Below are positions 13,291 to 23,712 of a stretch of DNA of 64,000 nucleotides, one piece after another. A program made the position numbers and the translations under genes. This DNA is from Octopus sinensis (lineage: Eukaryota). The notes under the pieces are model-generated. The model had not been told where the DNA came from. It made no database searches and was given only the letters and a program-made list of their open reading frames with translations. The stretch covers positions 93,000,001-93,064,000 of the forward strand of contig NC_043004.1 of NCBI RefSeq assembly GCF_006345805.1, given 5' to 3'. The stretch's first letter is position 1; each line of letters opens with the position of its first letter.

Positions 13291-13435
13291 ACAAGGAACA
13301 AAAGCTTCCTCAGCTTTGCCCCTTCCGAAATCTGCATCCGAATTTGTTGAAACTGACAAGTATTTCTTGCCCTTTGAACTTGCATGTCAGTCAAAATGCA
13401 ACCGCATTGTCAACACTGCTTTGGACTGTTTACAG
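13291..13435 (+). CDS. ARFGEF1: BIG1/BIG2-type Arf-GEF, DCB-domain exon (145 nt, phase 2 to 0): [48 protein letters not shown]
   Basis: Acceptor ttttccattccag, donor gtgag. The translation matches the BIG1/BIG2 motif [27 protein letters not shown]. Symbol is nominal; the invertebrate gene is probably a co-ortholog of ARFGEF1 and ARFGEF2. Confidence 0.96.
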
Positions 13436-13452
13436 GTGAGTACATCGTTTAA

Positions 13453-13863
13453 CTGTTTAGCATTTTAACTGGCCACATCCGGCCCAAGTATGCTACCTGT
13501 TTTATGTTCTAACCAGCCAGATCTAGCCTGTCACACCTACCCTTCAATGCCATTATAAAATATACAATCACATCATCAAAATTTCGAAGTTACAAAATAA
13601 TGCATAATTAATTAAAAGCAATGTGAATGAAAAACCATTAGACCAGTGCTTTTCAACCTTTTTGCTGGAGCGGAACCCCAAGGAAACATTCCACTGGCTC
13701 GAGGAACCCCTGTGCAATAATTTAATAGTCTTATGCACTCATATCTGCACAGGAGAATTAAAAAGTACTGCCGATTTTAGCAGTTTTGTAACTTCTTGCG
13801 GAACCCCTGGACTGGACTGCCGGAACCCTGGTTGAAAACCACTGCAATTTGAATGCTCAAGGG
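13453..13863 (+). mobile_element. TTAA-flanked MITE (piggyBac-like) carrying a nested hAT-like MITE
   Basis: Homologous to 50597-50815 in reverse. Ends ...aaggg|ttaa and begins 17 nt after the exon donor at 13436. Confidence 0.7.
13644..13844. mobile_element. hAT (Charlie/Buster-like) MITE, 201 bp
   Basis: TIRs cagtgcttttcaacc / ggttgaaaaccactg (14/15). No intact 8-bp TSD. Confidence 0.75.
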
Positions 13864-15318
13864 TTAACAACCTGTCCATCTCTCCGCACGACATACTAAT
13901 GTCGTTGTTTACATACTTCTCTAGCCCCTAGTCATCTTTACTTATTACTAGGGTCTATTTCCTGCCCCCTCTTTCCATGTTTCTTTTTTTCATTGCCCTT
14001 TACTTTCTTACCATTTTCTTTCTTTCATCCCTGTCCCTGAATGTTTGTGGCCTAGTGGTTAAGGTGTTGCACTCATGACTGTAAGATCACAGTTTCGATT
14101 CCAGGTTCAGGTGGTGCATTGTGTTCTGGTGTAAAACACTTCAGCACATGTTGCTCCAATCCACTCAGCTATTGATGAGTTCCAGCAATAGCTGGGAAGC
14201 TAACCCTGTGACGGACAGATGTTTTGTTCAGCAGGTAGTTTTCTAATCTCAGTTGCTTATTCACCATGCAAACCTGGTTAAGTTCCAGTTTTATGAGTTG
14301 TAAGGCTAATCCTAAGTCTGTACCTCCACTTTCTCTCCTGCTTTCTTTTATCCCTCTTTTTTTTTTCTTTTCTCCATTGACTACTTTTTATCATTGCTAT
14401 CCTTTCTCTGTTCTCTTTTCATCTCATTTCTTCATTAAATCTCTTTCCTTTCTTTTTACAAACAAATAATGGCAATGAGAAAAAGAACAGGCTTGCTCTC
14501 CTTGCCCTCTTTCTTTCATTCTTCTAATACCAAAAACCTCCATTCTTTCAGATATGCCCTCCATTTCCCACCACAAATCATTTCATTATAATAGGATCTA
14601 CTGTTATTTGATCTGAGACAACAACTATAATTTATTCCATAAATATCACTAATATAACTTACATATACAAACCACAAATCCCTTCAGGTAGATGGCCCCG
14701 CCATTTGAGCATGGCCATTGCCTGTACTGCCTGACTGGCCCTCGTGCTGGTGGCACGTAAAAGCACCCTCTACACTCTCGGAGTGGTTGGCGTTAGGAAG
14801 AGCATCCAGCTGTAGAAATTCTGCCAGATCAGATTGGAGCCTGGTGCAGCCATCTGGTTCGCCAGTGCTCAGTCTAATCGTCCAACCCATGCCAGCATGG
14901 AAAGCGGACATTAAACCATGATGATGATGATAATACATTTATGTATTTGTTTTGCAAAATTCAAATCGTGTGCTGAAATAGATATTGTTATACCTGGTGA
15001 TGGTTATATTTTGCCAATAAAATACATGCACTATAGATTTGGTCTTCATTCCATTTTGGGAATAAGCAGAACAAGAGGAGACATGAGGGATAGAGAGTCA
15101 CTGAAGAAATCACTGGATGTGTGATGAAAGAACTTTGACAAAGAAACTAAAATAATAGTGACAAGGGTAAAGTGAGGACCAAATATATAGCAAGTGTGTT
15201 TGACAAAATGTGGCCAACCCCAAGTATAACAGTAACTTATATTATACATGCAAACATTTATGTTTTAATTTTATGTATGTTTATATAACTTTGTATATCT
15301 GTATTTTTCCTCCACCAG

Positions 15319-15465
15319 AAACTCATTGCCTATGGTCACCTGACTGGCAATACTCCAGAGTCTTCTACACCTGGCAAAAGGCTTATTGACCGTATTGTTG
15401 AGACAATATGTGTTTGTTTCCACGGGCCGCAGACTGATGAGGGCGTCCAACTGCAGATTATTAAG
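15319..15465 (+). CDS. ARFGEF1: ARFGEF DCB exon (147 nt, phase 0-0): [49 protein letters not shown]
   Basis: Acceptor tttttcctccaccag, donor gtaac. Not in the ORF track; translated by hand. Matches BIG1 [10 protein letters not shown]...[13 protein letters not shown] and is in frame with both neighbouring exons. Confidence 0.97.
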
Positions 15466-16038
15466 GTAACTTGTTTTTCACAGATTCATTGCTACCAGAC
15501 TTGATGTTTTTAACAAAATCCTTCTTAATATTGTTATGTTCTGGAATCTTGTTTCCACTGCTCTCTGTTACTGTCATTTCATTCTGGTTTTTGTTGCTGC
15601 CATCCTTGATGCTGTTAGTTTCGTCATCTTTCATCTCTATCATTGTTATTACACTTAACATCTATGGCCTTGTTGCTATTGTTGTTGCTGTTATCAATTT
15701 TCTTATCATGGTCATTTATAGCTTTGTTGTAAGCATCAATCTCATCGTTTCCATTGTCTGCCCTATACTCTAGATCTGTCAGCAGTACAGTTTCAGTACA
15801 ATTAAACACACATTATGTAGTCTAATTGAACTAAGCAATATAAATACATGTCATTATTTTGTTGATCTTGGTGAAATTTCTTTACTGTTTTGAGTTTAGA
15901 TCTTACCACAGATAACTTCACCTTTCATCCCTCTAAGGTTGGTAAGAGTAAACTTCCAATCTAGTATTGGGTCAATGTAATAGGAACCGAACCCATTTCT
16001 CACCCATATGTGTGCCTAAATTAGAAACAAGTTGTTTG

Positions 16039-16274
16039 TGTAAGGCGGCGAGCTGGCAGAAACGTTAGCACGCCGGGCGAAATGCTTAGCAGTATTTCGT
16101 CTGCCTTTACGTTCTGAGTTCAAATCCCGCCAAAGTCGACGTTGCCTTTCATCCTTTTGGGGTCGATAAATTAAATACCAGTTACACACTGGGATTGATG
16201 TAATTGACTTAATCCCATTATCTGTCCTTGTTTGTCCCATCTATGTTTAGCCCCTTGTGGGCAATAAACAAATA
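16039..16274 (+). mobile_element. SINE-like family A, near full length, 16-bp TSD
   Basis: agaaacaagttgtttg at 16023-16038 and 16275-16290. Head ggcggcgagctggcagaa...gagttcaaatccc. Confidence 0.9.
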
Positions 16275-17441
16275 AGAAACAAGTTGTTTGTTGTTCAATG
16301 GACAGGGCCACTATCACCTATTACTGCACTTGGAAACAAGTGGATAATTGGTAATAGGAAGGGCATTTGGCTGTAGAATAATTCTGCCTCAACATACTCT
16401 TGCAGGCCTGGAAATGTAGATATTAAATTGCTGAAGAGGAAGAGCATATGTATATATAAAATTTATAATTCTGCCAAGTTTGATTTTTTAATTTCACCAT
16501 TAAGGTTGATAAAGTTATTGTAGTCAAGTAATTGTTGATTAAATAGACATTTATCTTCTCAAATCTCTGGCCATGTGCATATGTGGAGCTGCAGTAACTG
16601 ATACTTTGCAGTATTTAATTACACATGCTTTCAGAGCTGTAAAGAAATCATTATTGTTATTTTTTGTAGTTGTTGCTCAAATCATGCCTGGTTAAATCAT
16701 TAACTTTGCATTTCATTCATCTGGAGTCAATAAGCTCCTTATCAGTTCCATGTGCTGGGATCATTATGTTACCATCTGGCCTCATGCCAGTTTTAGCAAT
16801 CGCTGTGCTACAGTAATAATTGTAACAATAGATCATCTGGCAAAATGCTGTAGATGTGTTTGTTTATGATCTGAGTTGAGAAACTTCTATGATGGACTCA
16901 ATCTTTCAAACTTCTGGGACTAGTAAAACAAATACCAGTCGATTACTGGGGCCAATATAGGCATTGGTGTGGCTATGTAACTGAGAAACAGGTTCAATTC
17001 CAATGCATGGCACCATGGGCAAGTGTTCGATTCTATTAGCCGCAGGCCAATGAAACCCATGTGAGTGGATTTAGTAAGGAGAACATTGAAAGGAGCCGTG
17101 TGTGAGGATTTCAGACATTTTTTTTAGTCCAATAAAACCCAGATTTTAAATAGCTATTGCTATATTTACAATTGGGTCGAGCTTTCGCATTATTATCACT
17201 ACGCTTAGTTGCTTTTGATGAATGTTCACTTTCAGATTCATAATCGCCATGGTTATGTTTCCTCTTAATAAACTTTTCCATTTTATGGGTAATTTACTCT
17301 GTTAATATGAATTGTATCGCACAAAGAGCACAGATTGCTAACAGAGTCAAACTGAGACTGAGATAAGTGACCTCTGAGCACATATTGGACTCTTTTGAGA
17401 AGTTTTTCAAAATTATTTGAAAAGATGAAAATTCTTGCCAT

Positions 17442-17831
17442 GGAGTGGCTGTGTGGTAAGTAGCTTGCTAACCAACCACATGGTTCCGGGTTCAGTCCCA
17501 CTGCGTGGCATCTTGGGCAAGTGTCTTCTGCTATAGCTCCGGGCCGACCAATGCCTTGTGAGTGGATTTGGTAGACAGAAACTGAAAGAAGCCTGTCGTA
17601 TATATATATATATATGTGTGTGTGAGTGTTTGTGTATGTGTGTTTGTTCCCCTAGCATTGCTTGACAACCGATGGTGGTGTGTTTACGTCCCCGTCACTT
17701 AGCGGTTCGGCAAAAAGAGACCGATAGAATAAGTACTGGGCTTACAAAGAATAAGTCCCGGGGTCGATTTGCTCGACTAAAGGTGGTGCTCCAGCATGGC
17801 CGCAGTCAAATGACAAACAAGTAAAAGAGTA
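17442..17831 (+). mobile_element. SINE-like family B
   Basis: Homologous to 9053-9457. Confidence 0.85.
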
Positions 17832-19382
17832 TATGAATGAAAAAAATTAAGATACATGAGGACATATTAAAAGATTTCGTTCCACATTGTATATTTAGAT
17901 TAAACAGTTTATTTTTCACATTTATTATTGAAATGACAACTGCTGAGGCTACGCCCGAAATAAACTGAAACAGAGTCGTGCACTGAATATGTCCATAAGA
18001 TGTCAATTTCAAGGATAGTTTTATGCTAATTTAGTTCTTATCCTTATGAAATTTCAGATTCAAAATTGAATTGCACTGTCATACCATAATTAACCTAAAT
18101 AAATTGAATGACACACATCCACCGCTCTTTCTTAGTTTAGAACTTAATATTTAGTTTTTTGCCACTTTGACATTTATATACCAACTTTCTAGTGAATCTC
18201 TGTTTGTATTTTTCATATTTTGAAATACAACTTAACTTTCTTGAGGCACACCTAATTACATCTTGTAATGCACCAGTGTGCCATAGCGCACGGTTTGAGA
18301 ACCACTGGACTAAGCCCTACCTCCTAAAAGCATTACCATTAAGGCAGCTAGCTGGTAGAATCATTAGCTCATTGGTCAAAATGCTTGGCAGCATTTCTTC
18401 TGACCCTTTATGTTCTGAGTTCAAAAACCACTGGGATCAGCTTTGTCTTTAATCCTACCCTTTAAAACTGGGGTTGATGTAATCACTTTCCCACCCATCA
18501 AAAATTACTGGCCTTATCCCAAAATTTGGTAGAATAATTATTATTGTGTTAGATTGGTGGAATTGTTAGAGATTTGGACAAAATACCTAGCAGTATTTCT
18601 TTTGGCTCTTTGTTCTGAGTTCAAATCCGACTGAGGTCAAATTTGACTTTCATCTTTTGAAGGTTGATAAAATAAAGTGCTAATCAAATACTGGGGGGGA
18701 AGGGTGTCAACGTAAGTGACTAACCCCCTTCCCCCTAAAATCGATGATATTGTGCTTAAATTAGAAACTTTCATCATTGTAGACAGATCTTAGTTTTTAC
18801 ACTCCCAAGGTTGAGTCATAATCAATGACAAAGAGCTATTTGAGATTTTTTTATCAGCCAAATTTTTTAGTGACTTCTTTTGTAGTTGTTAATTATGTCA
18901 TTTTCTATAGTAGCTATATACAAATCTCAGGTCCAGTCTTCTGCAACCATGATTTCATTTTCTTTGTTATTTTACCAAGAGTGTCCATATTCGTAGCACA
19001 ATTTCAGCATTGTTTTTGCAGTAATAATTGTAACACTAGATCTATTTTCAGATCTTTGTATTTATCAGTTTAGATTATTATTATTATTGTTGTTGTTGTT
19101 ATTATTAGATTTTAGTTCTCAAAGCTCTCGATCTTACTTGCTCCTGTTAATTCTGTGAGAGTGGACTGCAATCTGTTGTCAAGGGTCTCTTTCTACAAAT
19201 TATAAGACTACCTACTTACATGTTATGACTCCAATAAGTCTGTCCAGAGTTGCCTCTCTTTAGTATTTCCCATTCATAATGCCTAAAGAGCTAGAAATGC
19301 ATCTGGGAATCCTACAGGAGGCAACACTGGACAGATATGGACAGAATTTTTTTCCTTGGTAACTGCAGTGAATTTGCCTTTT

Positions 19383-19610
19383 AAGGCAGTGAACTGGCAA
19401 AAACATTAGCAAGCCGTGTGAAATGCTTAGCATTATTTCGTTTGTTGTTACGTTCTGAGTTCAAATTCCACCGAGGTCAACTTTGCCTTTCATCCTTTCG
19501 GGGTCGATTAAATAAGTTCCAGTTACGCACTGGGGTCGATATAATCGACTTAATCTGTTTGTCTGTCCCCTCTGTGTGTAGCCCCCTGTGTGCAGTAAAG
19601 AAATAAGAAA
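19383..19610 (+). mobile_element. SINE-like family A
   Basis: Homologous to 16039-16274. Confidence 0.85.
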
Positions 19611-19809
19611 TGTTAAGTATTGTGGAACACACATATACCAATCTCAAAATCCTCACTATCCCTGATAGAGCAGTTTTTTTTAGCATATTCTACCCTCATG
19701 TCAATTCTAATTTTTGTGACATATCTCAAACTTGCTTGTTAGTGCTCCAGGTGCCCCTACAACTACTAGGATGACAGTTACCTATTATTATTATCATCGT
19801 CATCGTCAT

Positions 19810-20695
19810 CATCTCTGCCTTTATTGAAAGCGGAGGTATTGTTTTCTCTCATGTTTGTTTGTTTGTCCATGGACAAAATCTCAAATACTGCTGGATGGAT
19901 TCAGATGAAAGTTTCAGGGGTGTTTGGCCTCGTGACTGGCACGAACTGAATAGATCTGGTACTGGACAAGGATTCTGGATTGTTATATTTACTTTACTTT
20001 ACATGATTACGATCTTGTGTTGACTTTTAAGTCCTTCTCAATTATCTCCCTTTTGGCTGTTTCCAAAGTTTTATTTTCGTTTCTCTATTATTAATTTTCC
20101 TCGCGTCTCTATCTTAGTAGAAACTGGTGGATAAAGAAATCAAACTACATAAACAAACGGCAGCAAAACCATTCAGAAATTAAACAGCATTAACATATTT
20201 ATACTACATATTAACACTTTACAATATACTTACATATATACATACATTTGTACATCGATCTAAAACAGGAATAAAGGAAGGCCGGAATTTAAGAGAAGAG
20301 AAAACCAAAAGGTCTCATGCTATTTGTTTAAAAATTCCTGAGTAGAACTTATTATTATTACCTCTGCCTTTGAAACTATTTTGAATGGTAAATTTGTTAA
20401 CTTTGGCTTGTATTAGATATGGATAGACTATTTATTACAGTTGCTAAAATTTCTACAGCCACCTTCACATTCCATGACTACCATTGTGATCAATCAGGTA
20501 CCAGACAAGGATTCTGGATTATTTTTCTGGGTTTTTTTACTTAATTTTTGAGAGCAGTTAGGTTCATTTTTAGTATTCTTGCTTGTGAGAGCAGTTGAGT
20601 TTATTTCAGATATTCTCATTTTAAAAATCATCTCTGGCTAATCGTTGAGAGGACATTGGTGTTGCCTTGGCAGAGGCTTGCACTCTTCGAGTGAG
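19810..20695 (+). mobile_element. Possible Helentron/DINE-like non-autonomous element with internal insertion
   Basis: 5' tctctgccttt...aaagcggagg subterminal palindrome, 3' ccttggcagagg...cactcttcgagtg, and an internal gacaaggattctggatt duplicated at about 19965 and 20505. The class is assigned by resemblance only. Confidence 0.4.
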
Positions 20696-20897
20696 CTGGC
20701 AGAATTGTTAGCACGCTGGATGAAATACTTAGTGGTATTTTGCCTGTCACTATGTTCTGAGTTCAAATTCCACCGAGGTTAACTTTACCTTTCATCTTTT
20801 TGGGGTTGATAAAAAAAGTATCAGTTACGCACTGGGGTCGATGTAATCAAATCATCCCCTCCCTCAAAATTGCTGCCCTTGTGACAAAATTTGAAAC

Positions 20898-20928
<31 letters not shown>

Positions 20929-21152
20929 GAAGGTAATATGTTGAGAGCATAGTTACTAGACAAAATGTTTATAGCGTGCCTTCCAACTTTACTTTGGGAG
21001 TTCAGATTCTGCCAAGGTTGATTTTGCCTTTCATCTCTTCAATTGAGCACTGGGCTCAGTGTAATCAGTTATCCCCTTCTCACAAAATTTCAAGCCTCTT
21101 GCCTTTTGCAGAAAGAATTATTATTGTTATTATTATTATTATTTCTCTTTGT

Positions 21153-21367
21153 AAGGCGACGAGCTGGCAGAATTGTTAGCACACTGGATGAAATGCTTAG
21201 CAGTGTCTTGCCCATCGCTACGTACTGAGTTCAAATTCTGCCGAGGTCAATTTTGCCTTTCATCCTTTCAGTGTTGATAAATTGAGTACCAGTGAAACAC
21301 TGGGGTTGATGTAATCGAATAGCCCCTTCCCTCCAAATTTCAGGCTTTGTGCCTTTGGTAGAAAGGG
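21153..21367 (+). mobile_element. SINE-like family A with ~17-bp flanking direct repeat
   Basis: ttattatttctctttgt at 21136-21152 and 21368-21384. Confidence 0.85.
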
Positions 21368-21495
21368 TTATTATTTCTCTTTGTCAAGTCCTCCATTGTA
21401 AATTTGAAATAAAAAGAAATTATTACAGTTATTAATGTTATGATTATCAATATTATCATTGCTGTTATTGTTATCATTCTTGCTGTCTCATTTAG

Positions 21496-21675
21496 GCTTT
21501 GCTAACTGTAGTGACATCAAACAACTGTGAGATCCATGAAGGGACTGTTCTACAAGCAGTACGTACCTGTTACAACATCTACTTGGCCAGCAAGAACCTA
21601 GTCAACCAGACAACAGCCAAGGCCACGCTCACTCAGATGCTTAATGTTATCTTCTCCAGAATGGAATCCCAAGCT
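21496..21675 (+). CDS. ARFGEF1: ARFGEF DCB exon (180 nt, phase 0-0): [60 protein letters not shown]
   Basis: Acceptor gtctcatttag, donor gtgag. Contains the [41 protein letters not shown] motif of BIG1/BIG2. Confidence 0.97.
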
Positions 21676-23102
21676 GTGAGTTTCTTTTGTCTTTCCACAT
21701 CTTGTATCCATGAATTGTGACAGTTATTGATGCTTGTGTAAATGTATTGTTATTCTTCACCCCAGTAAACTGAGCCACATTGAATTCTGTCTTGCTGATT
21801 GATTATGAAATAACTGTAGTGGCATGTGAACCCGTGACTTATGGTTTTCTTCCTCATACACCTAATCATTTTGCTTTATCCATGTGCGTGTTTATGTATG
21901 CATGTATATGTGTCGATGTATGATTTTGATGTAATGATATTTGTTTGCATCTATTGTATGTGTGTGTGTGTGTATGTATAATTTCTTCAAAGACTCTAGC
22001 ATGAATCATTAGATTCCACCTTTCCTTACATGTGAACTTAGATATCTTACCAAACTTGTGTGTAGCCTCAGGCCAACCAGAGCCTTGTGAGCCAATTCAG
22101 TAGATGGAAATTGAAAGAAACCCACTGTATATGAACATATATAAATATATATTTCTTTTTAGAATTTAAAATATGTCACAAATTTATTTTAACTAACCGA
22201 AAGTTTGCTCATGCCTAAACACTGCTTGGTACTGATACTGCTGTAATTTTTACCACACTGGTGGTCTAATGGTGCAACTCAGTCAATGTGGACTGTGTTT
22301 TAGTCAAAACTATGACTCTAATAAGTTTGTCCAGAGTTGCCTCTCTTCAGTATTTCCCATTCATAATGCCTAAAGAACTAGAAATGCATCTGGGAATCCT
22401 ACAGGAGGCAACACTGGACAGATATGGACAGAATTATTTTCCTTGGTAACTACAGTGAATTTGCCTTTAGAGGTTGAAATATGTCACAAACATTTTAACT
22501 AACCTAAAGTTTGCTCATGCCTAAAGTGCTTGGCCTTGATACATGTGTGTGTGTGTGTGTTTTCCTTGTCTTGACATTGCATGATAATTGTAAAATGGTT
22601 GTCACTGTCATACAAGCAGTGTCATTCATTTCCAATATTCTACAAGAACATGTCTAGGCTTGGAGGAAATTTTTCTTGCTTGAACACAGGTGAGGAATGG
22701 TGACAGGAAGGATATCCAGCTGTAGGAAATCTGCCTCAATAAACTCCATGAAAAAGTGAACACCCAAATAATGATATACATATATGGTACAAATTACGAT
22801 AAAGGCATGACCATCCTTTGTTCTCCACGTATGTTTCACCATTGTGGTTATTAGCATCCTCAGCGGTGAATGTTCTCTCTTTGCAGTTGGATGTTGGATC
22901 ACAACAGTTCATAGGGGAGATATGTGTAACATAATGCAATAAAGTGTTTCACTGATAAGCTGTTGTGGTTCAGTATCCAATTGCACATGAGACATCCACT
23001 TCAGAGATGCAAGTAACCACAGCATGGAACATGCATAGGGAAAAAATTATATTAACTGCATTTTGAGTTTCTCCTACGTTTGCTCTGTATGTTGTAACTA
23101 CT

Positions 23103-23712
23103 GACTGTCTAATATGATAGCAATCCCTCAAGGTCAAGGATGATGGTCTTCGCGCAAATTTACTGGTGAGTCCGTAGGTGACCAATAAGACCAATTCTTG
23201 CTTGAAAAGATCGGTCGCAGTGCAGACATCTAGTGCCGGAAGGGAGAGTCGCACGTGGTTGTTGTTGGCGCTCCTTCCGTCGTCGTCTTTTCTCCTCCAG
23301 CTCTGCAGACCTTTTCGACTCGAAAGTCACCGTTCCCTTATGGATGGTGGTTTTCCAGAGTGGTCTGTTTTTTGCCGTTTCCTCCCAGTTAGTGAAGTCG
23401 ATGTCACACTTTTTGAGGTTCGTTTTCAGGGAGTCCTTGTAGCGTTTCTTCTGGCCTCCTTTTGTACGCTTGCCGTCTTTGAGTTGGGAGTAGAAGATCT
23501 GTTTGGGAAGTCGTTCGTCAGTCATTCTAACCACGTGGCCGCTCCATCTTAGTTGGCCTTTGATGACATAGGCTTCGATGCTGGTCGTTTTTGCTTCTTG
23601 TAGCACGCTGACGTTAGTTCTTCTGTCTTCCCAGCTGATGTTAAGGATCTTCCGAAGACAGCGTTGGTGAAATTTCTCGAGCGTTTTCAGGTGGTGACTA
23701 TACGGGGTCCAG
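23103..23712 (-). mobile_element. 5'-truncated RTE/BovB-like LINE (family 2) with open ORF2 C-terminus and terminal C2H2 finger
   Basis: ORF 23160..23726: LEKFHQRCLRKIL.ISWEDR.TN..VL...LRWSGHVVRM...RLPKQIFY..L..GKR..GGQKKRYKD.LK...CLHCDRSFQARIGLIGHLRTH*. Direct repeat gtaactact at 23094-23102 and 23713-23721. Confidence 0.93.

Noticed and set aside
15461-15809. Minus-strand D/N/K-rich ORFs
   Set aside because: They come from degenerate GTT/CAT-rich intron sequence, the frames are discontinuous and there is no recognisable domain.
16045-16125. tRNA genes in SINE heads
   Set aside because: Only A/B-box-like motifs with no complete cloverleaf. They are repeated SINE 5' regions.
22887-22935. 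Candidate extra exon after ctctctttgcag
   Set aside because: A phase-0 frame reaches a stop (LDVGSQQFIGEICVT*) without a convincing donor.
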